The notes under the pieces were generated by a model. That model did not search any database. It was not told where the DNA came from and was given only the letters and a program-made list of their open reading frames with translations. DNA of 64,000 nt from an uncultured Anaerolinea sp. (GTDB lineage: Bacteria; Chloroflexota; Anaerolineae; Anaerolineales; UBA4823). Positions 40,866-49,705 of the stretch are shown in pieces. Position 1 is the first letter of the stretch. Each line of letters begins with the position of its first letter. The translations under genes were made by a program, and so were the position numbers. The stretch covers positions 1,282-65,281 of the forward strand of contig CAYQDU010000002.1 of assembly GCA_964416275.1 (NCBI GenBank). Direction: 5' to 3'.

Positions 40866-41696
40866 TCAGGCTTGAGGGGTGAGGGCTACGGGCTCGTCTG
40901 TCTCATCGTCGGCCAGTTCGCCTTCGTCTGCGGCCGGTTGTCCGTCGGCCGGCTCGCCGTCGTCCACATGCGGCAGAACCAGGGGCGGCCAGTCCAAGCG
41001 TTCTTCCAGGGCGGCCACGACAGTCTGGTAGATTTTGATCCAGGTAAAGCGGCGGTGGGTGGCCTCCACAATCGTCCAGGGTCCCCACTCGGTTTCGGTG
41101 CGCTCGAAGGCTTCTTCGTAGGCCAGCAGCCAATCGTCGTAGCGGTAATGATGTTCCCAGTCTTCAGGGCTGACGTGCCAGGCGCTGAGCGGGTCTTTGG
41201 TCAGCTTATTGAAGCGCTGCTTCTGCTCGGCCTTCGAGATGTGCAGGAAGAATTTGAGGATCAACGCCCCGTCGTCGGCCAGGGCGCGCTCGAAGTCGGT
41301 AATGTCACGATAGGCCCGCCGCCATTCCTCTTCAGGGGTCAGCCCCTCCACCCGCTCGACCAGCACGCGCCCGTACCAAGAGCGGTCGAAGATGGCCCAC
41401 TCGCCGCGGGCAGGAATCTTATTCCAGAAGCGCCACAGCCAGGGACGTTTCTTTTCGTAAGTGCGGGCGGCCCGGATGGGATAGAGCTTGTAGCCGCGTG
41501 GGTCGAGGGCGCTGGTGAGCTTCTGGATGGAGGTGCCTTTACCGGCTGCGTCCCAGCCCTCGAACAGAATGACAACCGGGATGTGTGCGTCCCAGGTGGC
41601 CTTCTGAATTTCATACAGGCGCTCTTCCAGGCGCGGCGCCCAGGCTTTATAGAGCGATTTGCCTATATTGCGGTTGAGGTCGAGTTTTTCCAGCAT
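40866..41696 (-). CDS. ppk2: polyphosphate kinase 2 family protein (second paralog)
   Basis: VILFEGWDAAGKGTSIQKLTSALDPRG, FDRSWYGRVLVERVEGL. Start moved to ATG 41696 (MLEKLDLNRNIGK); the track start is 41774. Confidence 0.9.
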   Translation of the reverse strand: MLEKLDLNRNIGKSLYKAWAPRLEERLYEIQKATWDAHIPVVILFEGWDAAGKGTSIQKLTSALDPRGYKLYPIRAARTYEKKRPWLWRFWNKIPARGEWAIFDRSWYGRVLVERVEGLTPEEEWRRAYRDITDFERALADDGALILKFFLHISKAEQKQRFNKLTKDPLSAWHVSPEDWEHHYRYDDWLLAYEEAFERTETEWGPWTIVEATHRRFTWIKIYQTVVAALEERLDWPPLVLPHVDDGEPADGQPAADEGELADDETDEPVALTPQA

Positions 41697-41730
41697 TAGC
41701 AGGCCCTGTCGGTTGGGGAAAAGGGAGAAA

Positions 41731-41810
41731 GCGGGGTATTTTCTACTACTTAATATTATACCCCCGCCTGTCAAGGGTTGCGTACTCGCCCTTTTGACAG
41801 GTGGGGGTAT
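41731..41810. promoter_or_regulatory. three copies of the GGGGGTAT/ATACCCCC motif, including a 20-bp imperfect inverted repeat (41758-41777 / 41789-41810), between dps and ppk2
   Basis: GCGGGGTAT (41731-39), ATACCCCCGCCTGTCAAGGG (41758-77), CCCTTTTGACAGGTGGGGGTAT (41789-810). The role (dps terminator versus ppk2 operator) is not determinable from sequence. Confidence 0.45.
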
Positions 41811-41878
41811 GGCTGGCAGGCAGCGCCGCCATTCACGCCCACCCGGCTTCGCGCCTCGTGGAGCGGCAGCGGCGGTTG

Positions 41879-42430
41879 TTACGCGTCTAACTGGGTATGG
41901 GCCTCAAGGAACCACAGCGCTTTATCCAGATCGCGGGAAACTTCAACGAATAGATCGGAAGTATCCATATCCTCAGCCTGTTCGGCCTGGTCGATGGCTT
42001 CGCGGGTAGTGCGAGCCAGGGCGGCATAGCAATCAGCCAGCAGACGGACACTGTCCAGGCTGCCCAAGGCAGCAGCGGGCAGGTCTTTCAGGCGCGAGGC
42101 GCCAGCCGCCATGCGCACCGTGCCAGTCGCTACCCCGCCCAGGGCGACCGCGCGCTCGGCAATCGTGTCTACATGACCCAGCAGAGTTTCAGCCAGGTCG
42201 TCGTATAGTTCATGAAGCTGAAAGAACTCCGGGCCTTTGACATTCCAATGGGCCTGTTTCGTCAGGCTGTACAGATCGAACACATCGGCCAGTTGTTGGT
42301 TCAGCAGGTCGATCATCTGCCGGCGATTTTGCTCGGGCATATCGTGCCGGGTAGCCAGCATCTGGCGGGCCTTCCCGTCTTTCGCAGCACTGCGCTGGGT
42401 GGCCTTGGCATCATCCGTTTTGGTCGGCAT
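41879..42430 (-). CDS. dps: Dps-family DNA-binding ferritin-like protein
   Basis: LNQQLADVFDLYSLTKQAHWNVKGPEFFQLHELYDDLAETLLGHVDTIAERAVALGG is canonical Dps. GGAGGAAAT precedes the ATG. Confidence 0.9.
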   Translation of the reverse strand: MPTKTDDAKATQRSAAKDGKARQMLATRHDMPEQNRRQMIDLLNQQLADVFDLYSLTKQAHWNVKGPEFFQLHELYDDLAETLLGHVDTIAERAVALGGVATGTVRMAAGASRLKDLPAAALGSLDSVRLLADCYAALARTTREAIDQAEQAEDMDTSDLFVEVSRDLDKALWFLEAHTQLDA

Positions 42431-42707
42431 ATTTCCTCCTTAAACTCAAATCCTCAAACGGAAAATCGTTGTTCCAGGTTGTTCCAAACAGTTTCATCGT
42501 ATCATCACTTGTACCACCCAGCAATAAGGAGGTTCCCTATTGCCGGACATAAAACCGGTAGCGCGTCTCTTGCATGGTTAAAATAGAATCGTTACACTGC
42601 AACCCATGTTGTTTTCGCAATCAAAGTTGATTTCGCCAACCGTTATGGCAAATTGATTTTTACTGAAATTAAACTTTCTTAATTGATAATCCCGTTATAA
42701 TAGTACT

Positions 42708-43313
42708 GTGGCAGTTGTGGTTTTGCAGCTCATCGAAACCAATCCGAAGGGTGGCGATAAACCGTTTTGTTGTCCATTCTGCGGCGGCTCAGATATTCTC
42801 CGGTGGGGACAGGCATCGCGCAGCGTCAACGACACCAAGCCGGTGAACGTCACCATTGTGCGCTATTATTGCAACTACTGTCACAGTACATTTCGCTATT
42901 ACCCGAAGGGGATCGACAATTCTAAATATTCGGAACGGGTGCGCCGGTTGGCGGCCCTGTTCTGGCTGATGGGCCTGAGCGTGCGCGACGTGATCGACGT
43001 ATTCAACGAGCTCGAGGTGACGCTGAACCGCATGACCATCTGGCGGGAAGGCCAGAAGCTGGTAAACGAGCTGAACACGCTCAAGTCGTTGACCCCCAGC
43101 CTGCGCCTGTCGATTGACAAGACCGGGGGGATTTCCAACCGGCCCGGCGGCAATGTGCTGCTGGTACTCAGCCTGGCAAACGGCAAGACGGCCATCCTTG
43201 GCTCGGTCAATTCTACCGATCCCAAAGCGGTGATCGCCTGGCTGACGCCCATCCTGGATGAGATGAATATTGGCATCAACGCCACTGGCACGCGCGAGTT
43301 CTTCTCGAATTGA
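42708..43313 (+). mobile_element. truncated zinc-ribbon + HTH DDE transposase fragment (IS1595/IS1-like N-terminal architecture)
   Basis: 201 aa, GTG start. CCPFCGG...YYCNYCHSTF zinc ribbon. HTH-like LMGLSVRDVIDVFNELEVTLNRMTIWRE. First DDE-like segment SIDKTGG...NVLLVLSLANGKTAILGSV, then the ORF ends. It lies in an AT-rich island. No IS ends were identified. Confidence 0.4.
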
Positions 43314-43862
43314 CGGCCAGTCTGGGGAGTGAAAAGCGGTGCAACCTGGCGGAGGAGCACCCACCGATAGGGCCGCAAGCCATTTATTGTGCATTTGACC
43401 TGTATATACGATTTATTGATGCACCCGATCGTTAATCTAAAAATATTGCAACCTACCGATTCTGGGACAACCAATTTTGGGACAAATGCCGAAATAGTCT
43501 TGTCAGCGCAGGAAAAATGCGCAATAATAATTATGACTTAAGTACTACTACAATGGATTACCTGGCAAATTCAGTTCGGTGCAAGCCATCCCTAGAACAA
43601 TAAGCCAGCCGGACACCAGGGGGCTGCCACAGGCGTAAATCATTCCATGCACTATCGCTTGCCTGTCGATTGACGCGCCGAGAAATTCGGTGCAGTGTTT
43701 GCATCTCAACCTGCAAGATGTTACGGATCGAAGTGTGAGGCCAAACGACAAGAGAGCCAAGAACCCAAAATAAAAAGGCCCCCTTTTACCGTGGAGGCGT
43801 TGATCCTCAGGATAAGATTGGTCGCTGTACGAGATGATTGTAAGCCTGAGAGGAGCCAATAG

Positions 43863-43895
43863 CGAAACCGGCCGCGTGGTCGGTTTCGTTTGTTT
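43863..43895 (+). terminator. rho-independent terminator-like hairpin + T-tract
   Basis: CGAAACCGGCC-GCGT-GGTCGGTTTCG followed by TTTGTTT. Confidence 0.5.
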
Positions 43896-44275
43896 AATCA
43901 TCTACACCTGCATCCTGATCCATCAACTGTTCCGTTTTACCGTGATGTCCGATCTTACCGGTACTGGCTTAAACTGAAAAGAGCCGGGTTGTCGGAAGCA
44001 TCCAGGAGACAGTTAATATTGGTAGCGCATCGCTTGATCCCGACAATTGCGTGCAAATCTTACCCGATTATCCAATGACCCCACGACACCTGGCTGTGTC
44101 GGGAGGGCGGAGCGCGAAAAGCAAAAACCTCTACGCTGACCATAAAATTTATTCGACTTGAATGATGTTCCATCCTTCAAGTCTTCATGTGGATGCAATG
44201 ATCCATAGGCGGTATTCTGGTCGCTAACAAGATTCCAGTCTGGGGGGAGGAATAGCCTATGGGGAGCAAATAGCG

Positions 44276-44305
44276 AAACCGGCCACAGATGGCCGGTTTT
44301 TTAAT
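44276..44305 (+). terminator. rho-independent terminator-like hairpin + T-tract
   Basis: AAACCGGCC-ACAGAT-GGCCGGTTT followed by TTTAATTT. The 5' flank GGAGCAAATAGCGAAACCGGCC is nearly identical to the flank of the 43863 hairpin. Confidence 0.55.
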
Positions 44306-44440
44306 TTAAATTGGTAGAAAAAGCGGTTGAATCGGACGCCAGAAGTGTGATAGGATCGTAAAAAGACCGGGGTAGAAAAAATAATGAGCCGGTTTGATCG
44401 TCGTCATAGCGCTGGATGAGAATCGAAAACAAAGGCTTCT

Positions 44441-46687
44441 ATGACTACTCAGAATGATGTCGAGCTGCGCTGGGTGTTCAATGCCATCCTGCGCCGTTTT
44501 TGGGTCATTATCGTTTGCGCCGTACTGGTTGCGCTGCTTGCCGCGCTGGCCGCCTATTCGCTGCCGCTGACCTACAGCGCCAGCGTCAAACTGGTGGTTG
44601 AACCCTCCAAAGACAGCCGCTCGAACGAATATGATACCCTGGCGGCGGCCGAACGACTGGCTTTTACATACAGCCAGATGATGAAGAACACCACCGTTTT
44701 GCAAACCGTGATCGGAAAGATGGGGCTATCTGGAACGCCGGAAGCGCTGGCAAAGCGCATCACAGCCGAGCCGATCAAAGATACCCACATGATCCTGCTC
44801 ACGGCCGAAGACGCGTCGCCCGAAAAAGCGGCTGCCCTGGTCAATACCCTGGCCGAGGTCTTCATCCAGTATAACCAGAACTTGCAGATGGAGCGCTACA
44901 GCAGCTCCTTAAGTGATAACCAGAAAAAGATGGACGACTTCCAGGCGCTGCTGGCCCAGGCCCAGGCTCAAATTGACGCCCTGACCACCCAGCGCTCGGA
45001 CAATGAAATCCAGTTGAGCGCCCTGAAAGAGCAGCAAATCGAGACGAAAGCCGATTACCGCGCCCTGCAGCAAAACCAGGCTGCGGTACAGATCCAGGCG
45101 CAACAGCTCGAAAACCACGTGACGATTGCTGAGGCGGCCCTGCCGGCGATGGACAGCCGCCTATCTCGGAGCAGCATAGTGACGGCCACCCTGCTGGTCA
45201 ATCAAAACCCGGTGGTGGAGGGAAGCGATTACTCGGCCATCCTGGCCGGGCAAAGCCTGGCCTCCACTTACAGCCAGGTGGTCGTCTCTCGCCCGGTGGT
45301 CGAAGCGGCCCTGGCCCAGGTGAGATCGCAGCAAACCTACGAGGACGTGATCGGGCGTCTCAGCGCCAGGGCCGTTCCGAACACGCTGCTCATCAAGCTG
45401 ATGATGAGCGGCCCGAATTCGGGCGAAACAGCCAAGCTGGTGAACGGCATCGCCCAGGAATTCATCCAGCAGACCAAAGCCAAGTACCAGAAGGTATACG
45501 ACGATAAGCTGGCCGGGTTCGAAAGCCAGATGCAGGCCCAATTGACCCTGATCCAGCAGACCGAAGCCCAGATCAGCACCCTATCTTCCAGCATCGCCCA
45601 GGCCGGGATCGAGATCTCGCGCCAGGAAAATCTAATCAGCGGCTATCAGAACGACATCCGTTCGTTGGAGCAAAATGAAGAGCGCATCCGCCTGGAAATG
45701 GTGCAGGCGGTCGATTCGATCTCGCTGGTAGAGAGCGCCAACCCGCCCAAGAAACCCGTCCAGAACCGGATGCTCACGGTGGCAATTGCCGGGGTAGTGG
45801 GCGGGATGCTGGGGGTAGCGTTCGTCTTTGTGCTGCAATACATGAACAACAAGATTCAAACAACCGAGGAGGTCGGCGCGCTCCTGGGGCTGAACGTACT
45901 GGGGACCATTGGCCGGCGCACCCGGGCCGAGCCGGAACTGCTGACCGAAACCCAGTTCTATACCCCCCTGGCCGAGCAGTTCAGCGTGCTTGCTACCCGC
46001 ATCCAACATGCGCTGCGTTCCGGCCCCGCCCACAGCCTGCTGCTGGTCAGCAGCCCCACCGCCTCGGAGGGCAAGTCGTTTATCTGCGCCAACCTGGCCC
46101 TGGCGCTGGCAAATACGGGCCTGCACATCGCACTGATCGACGCCGATCTCAGAAAACCGCGCATTCACCAGCTATTCGGGCTGAAAGAATCCACCGGCCT
46201 GGCCGACGTGATGTATCGCAAAGCGTCTGAGATCGGGTTTACCTCGGCCGGGGGCGGCAACCTGCAAGTTCTGGCGGGCGGCAGCGAGTGCGATAACCCC
46301 AGCCAGGTCTTGAACTCGCCTCAATTGGCTAACTTTTTCCAGACCATCAAGCAGAACGTAGACCTGGTGATTGTCGATTGCCCGCCCATTCTGCCGGTCG
46401 CCGATACGCAAATCCTATCGGTTCATGCGGATGAGTTTTTGATGGTCGTCCGCTCTGGCAAAACTTTTATCCGGGCGGCGCAAGAAGCCAGAATTATTCT
46501 GGAGCAGACCGGCGTGAAGCTATTGGGGGGCGTACTCAACGATATTCCCCAGCGTTCCGATCACAGCTATTACTACCGCTATTATTCCAATGAGAGCAAG
46601 CCGAAGAAACGGACGCTCCCCGGCCTCGTTGGAACTCGCGCGGGAGAATTGTTCCAGAGCGGACTCAAGAAAATCCCTCGCCGCTGA
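44441..46687 (+). CDS. polysaccharide co-polymerase (Wzz/GumC-type) fused to BY-kinase (tyrosine autokinase) domain
   Basis: N-terminal TM plus chain-length determinant, long coiled-coil, second TM, then LLVSSPTASEGKSFICANLALALANTGLHIALIDADLRKP (Walker A/A') and VDLVIVDCPPILPVADT (Walker B). Confidence 0.9.
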   Translation: MTTQNDVELRWVFNAILRRFWVIIVCAVLVALLAALAAYSLPLTYSASVKLVVEPSKDSRSNEYDTLAAAERLAFTYSQMMKNTTVLQTVIGKMGLSGTPEALAKRITAEPIKDTHMILLTAEDASPEKAAALVNTLAEVFIQYNQNLQMERYSSSLSDNQKKMDDFQALLAQAQAQIDALTTQRSDNEIQLSALKEQQIETKADYRALQQNQAAVQIQAQQLENHVTIAEAALPAMDSRLSRSSIVTATLLVNQNPVVEGSDYSAILAGQSLASTYSQVVVSRPVVEAALAQVRSQQTYEDVIGRLSARAVPNTLLIKLMMSGPNSGETAKLVNGIAQEFIQQTKAKYQKVYDDKLAGFESQMQAQLTLIQQTEAQISTLSSSIAQAGIEISRQENLISGYQNDIRSLEQNEERIRLEMVQAVDSISLVESANPPKKPVQNRMLTVAIAGVVGGMLGVAFVFVLQYMNNKIQTTEEVGALLGLNVLGTIGRRTRAEPELLTETQFYTPLAEQFSVLATRIQHALRSGPAHSLLLVSSPTASEGKSFICANLALALANTGLHIALIDADLRKPRIHQLFGLKESTGLADVMYRKASEIGFTSAGGGNLQVLAGGSECDNPSQVLNSPQLANFFQTIKQNVDLVIVDCPPILPVADTQILSVHADEFLMVVRSGKTFIRAAQEARIILEQTGVKLLGGVLNDIPQRSDHSYYYRYYSNESKPKKRTLPGLVGTRAGELFQSGLKKIPRR

Positions 46688-46722
46688 AACCACCGGGCTT
46701 ACCCCTTGCCCCCTGCCAATCG

Positions 46723-47379
46723 ATGAAACCCCAAAAACTGATGCTGTGGACCATTGGTTTGCTCTTGTTGGTCGCCCTGGCGGCGGCTTTGCGCATCCCC
46801 TTCCTGCGCGCCGTGGGAGATTTCCTGGTCATCCAGGACGATCTACACCCGGCCGACATCCTGCACGTTGTCAGCGGGCCGGATTATCGCACCGATTACG
46901 GCATCGAGCTGGTGCAGCAGGGTTACGCTAAGACTATCTTCTTCACCGGCCCCTGGTGCGACGAGGTTCAGGATGTACACGCCGATCGCGGCAAGCTGCG
47001 GGCGCTGAACCAGGGCATTCCCACCGCCGCCATCTTTACCGACGCGACCCCCATCACCAGCACGTACGCGGAAGCCCTGCGCCTGAAGGTTTTGATCGAC
47101 CAGAGCGCCGCCCCGGTGCACTCAGTCATCGTAGTCAGCGATCCATTCCACATGCGGCGCGCTCAATGGACCTACCGCCGGGTGTTAGGCAAAGATATCG
47201 AGATTCAGATGGCGCCCGTCCCCTTCGAGAAGACCACCTTCCGCCGCCGCTGGTGGGAAGACCGGTATTCCGTCATCGCCGTACGCGAAGAATACACCAA
47301 GTACGTGTACTACCTGGCGCGCTACGGGCTGGCCTGGGGGCCGTTATCAAACTGGCTGGCAACCTTCGACCAGGAGTAA
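46723..47379 (+). CDS. DUF218 / YdcF-ElyC-SanA family protein
   Basis: N-terminal TM. ADILHVVSGPDYRTDYGIELVQQGYAKTIFFTG ... VIVVSDPFHMRRA. Confidence 0.8.
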   Translation: MKPQKLMLWTIGLLLLVALAAALRIPFLRAVGDFLVIQDDLHPADILHVVSGPDYRTDYGIELVQQGYAKTIFFTGPWCDEVQDVHADRGKLRALNQGIPTAAIFTDATPITSTYAEALRLKVLIDQSAAPVHSVIVVSDPFHMRRAQWTYRRVLGKDIEIQMAPVPFEKTTFRRRWWEDRYSVIAVREEYTKYVYYLARYGLAWGPLSNWLATFDQE

Positions 47380-47387
47380 GCCGAACA

Positions 47388-48920
47388 ATGATCGCAGAAC
47401 CCGCCCTGCAGCTGCAAACTCTGCCTGCCCCCCAGGCTTGCGAGCGCCAGACCCCAGTCGTCCTCGACCTGATCCGCGCCCTGTGCGAAGGCCTGGCGGC
47501 CGAGGCGATCAGCTACTGCCACTGGAAAAGCAACGCCGCCCTCGACCGTTCAGCGTGCGGCAAGAACGACCTCGATCTACTGGTGGCCCGCGCCGACGCC
47601 GACCGCTTCTTTGCCCTGATCTACCGCCTGGGGTTCAAAGAGTTTTACAGCCCCAGCGACTACGGCGCGCCGGGCGTCGCTAACTATTACGGGTATGACC
47701 GCCCATCGCTGCGGTGGGTGCACCTGCACGTCCATTTTCAGCTCATGGTGGGCAACGACTTCACCAAGAGCTACCACCTGGCCGTAGAGAAAGCCTACCT
47801 GGCTTCGGCCTTCCAGCAGGGGCTGTTTCGCATCCCTGCCCCGGAATTCGAACTGATCGTTTTCACCATCCGCATGACCCTCAAGCATTCCACCTGGGAT
47901 GCAATCCTGGGCCGGCAGGGTGCGCTATCGTCCAGCGAGCAGCAAGAACTGGCCCAGCTTTCTGGCGATGCTCACAGGGAAAAGGTCTACCGCCTGCTGG
48001 CCGAGAACTTCCCCAGCCTCAACCAGGCGCTGTTCGAGGCCTGCCTGGGATCGCTGCAAGCCGGGGCCGGGTTTGCGGCCCGCGTGCGCAGCGCACAGGG
48101 TCTGCTGCGGGCGCTGGCGGCCTGCAGCCGCCGCAGCCGCTTAGCCGATTTGTGGCTGCAGGCCGGGCGCCGGGCGCTGGCGGCCTATCAAAACCGGGTG
48201 CGGCGGCAGAAAAGCCGCATGCGCCCCGCCAAAGGCGGCCTGTTGATCGCCTTTGTGGGCGGCGATGGAGCCGGCAAGACCACCGCCGTGGCCGAAACCC
48301 AGGCCTGGCTCGCGAAATACGTTTCGGCGCCCAGGGTTCACCTGGGCAAACCGGACTGGTCGGGCCTGACGATCCTCATCCGGGGCGGGTTGAAGGTCGG
48401 CACACTCCTGCGGCTGTATCCGTTTGTGAACCTTTCGTGCGATCAGATGCTCGACCTCGATCACCTGGCGTTCCCCGGTTACCCCTGGCTGCTGCGCGAG
48501 GTCTGCACCGCCCGCGACCGATTTCTGACCTACCGCCAGGCCCGCAAGCTGGCATCCAACGGCGGCCTGGCGCTGTGCGATCGCTTTCCGCTGCCCGAAA
48601 TTCGGCTGATGGATGGCTTGTACCCCATCGACCAGTTTCCGCGCCTGTTCCCAGACAAGTTCTGGGTGAAGCCCCTGCTTGCCCTCGCCCGCCGCTATTA
48701 CCAGGCTATTGCATCGCCCGATTTGCTGCTTGTCTTAAGAGTCCATCCAGATACAGCCGTACAACGCAAGACCGATGAAGCGCCTGCGTACGTGCAGGCT
48801 CGCACAGAAGAGATCTGGGGTCTGCCCTTTGTCGCTCCCCAGGCCATCGTCATCGACGCCAATCAGGATATTCAGACGGTTCAAGCAGCCATTCGAGATG
48901 CGATATGGGCGGCCATCTAA
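47388..48920 (+). CDS. two-domain protein: minimal nucleotidyltransferase-fold N-terminus + thymidylate-kinase-like P-loop C-terminus
   Basis: Start moved to ATG 47388 (the track ORF begins at 46956, inside the previous gene). The NTase-type motif is CGKNDLDLLV (G-x2-D-x-D). The P-loop is LLIAFVGGDGAGKTTAVAETQAWL. Domain calls come from motif recognition only. Confidence 0.55.
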   Translation: MIAEPALQLQTLPAPQACERQTPVVLDLIRALCEGLAAEAISYCHWKSNAALDRSACGKNDLDLLVARADADRFFALIYRLGFKEFYSPSDYGAPGVANYYGYDRPSLRWVHLHVHFQLMVGNDFTKSYHLAVEKAYLASAFQQGLFRIPAPEFELIVFTIRMTLKHSTWDAILGRQGALSSSEQQELAQLSGDAHREKVYRLLAENFPSLNQALFEACLGSLQAGAGFAARVRSAQGLLRALAACSRRSRLADLWLQAGRRALAAYQNRVRRQKSRMRPAKGGLLIAFVGGDGAGKTTAVAETQAWLAKYVSAPRVHLGKPDWSGLTILIRGGLKVGTLLRLYPFVNLSCDQMLDLDHLAFPGYPWLLREVCTARDRFLTYRQARKLASNGGLALCDRFPLPEIRLMDGLYPIDQFPRLFPDKFWVKPLLALARRYYQAIASPDLLLVLRVHPDTAVQRKTDEAPAYVQARTEEIWGLPFVAPQAIVIDANQDIQTVQAAIRDAIWAAI

Positions 48921-49633
48921 ACGTTGCACCCCACAAGCGGTTCTCCAACGCTTACGTGATCGAATTCGTAGGCCCGGCCGGCGCTGGTAAATCCTCGCTG
49001 ACGCGCACGATGGCGGAGGCCAATTGTCGGGCCAGGCCGTCCAATCCGCCCGATTTCCACGCCCCCGCCATGCTGCCGTTTTTCATCCTCAACATCTTGC
49101 AAACCACCCCACACCTGCTGCGCTTCATCCAGACGACAGAGCCAGGCCCGAATTATGCCAGCCAGTTAGCCTCCATCGTCATCCTCAACGGCTGGCGCCG
49201 GCGGCTGGGCAAAAGTTACACCCCGGCGGGCGACATTGTGCTGCTGGATCAAGGCCCGGTTTATTTATTGACCGATCTGTTCGAGATGAACCCTGCTTAC
49301 GCCCGCCACCCAGCCATCCAAACGTGGCAGGCCGATCTCTACCAGCGCTGGGCGTGCGCCATTGATCTGGTCGTCTGGCTGGATGCGCCCGATGACATCC
49401 TGACCGAGCGTATCCGCAGCCGCCAGAAGCAGCACATCATGAAATCCGAAACGGACCGCGACGTACACGAGTTTCTCGCGCTGTGCCGGGAAGCCCTGGA
49501 TCAGACGCTGCTAAAACTCTCGCGGATCAACCGCTCGTTGAAAATTTTAGAATTCGACACCGCCCAACTCTCGCCTTGTTTGATCGCCAACCAGGTTTTT
49601 GCCTGCCTGGGGCTGATCGAAGAAGCCTGTTGA
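48905..49633 (+). CDS. P-loop kinase-like protein (deoxynucleoside/shikimate-kinase-like fold)
   Basis: YVIEFVGPAGAGKSSLTRTMAE (Walker A), IVLLDQGPVY, VVWLDAPDDILTERIRSRQKQH (lid-like). It overlaps the previous gene by 16 nt. Confidence 0.5.
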   Translation: MGGHLNVAPHKRFSNAYVIEFVGPAGAGKSSLTRTMAEANCRARPSNPPDFHAPAMLPFFILNILQTTPHLLRFIQTTEPGPNYASQLASIVILNGWRRRLGKSYTPAGDIVLLDQGPVYLLTDLFEMNPAYARHPAIQTWQADLYQRWACAIDLVVWLDAPDDILTERIRSRQKQHIMKSETDRDVHEFLALCREALDQTLLKLSRINRSLKILEFDTAQLSPCLIANQVFACLGLIEEAC

Positions 49634-49705
49634 ACGATAAAGAAGGCTCCATTGTCATCCCGTATCCTGCGCAGCCTGCCCAAGCCGGGCCTGATCTTCA
49701 ACCTC

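Noticed and set aside
42693-42698. TATAAT hexamer 10 nt upstream of the GTG start of the transposase-like ORF.
   Set aside because: No acceptable -35 at 16-18 nt spacing. It is too close to the start codon for a normal leader. AT-rich sequence produces such hexamers by chance.
43548-43901. 117-aa minus-strand ORF, and the 62-aa plus-strand ORF at 43890-44078, in the AT-rich island.
   Set aside because: No recognisable motifs and odd composition. Their starts or ends fall inside the terminator hairpin. This region is more likely non-coding.
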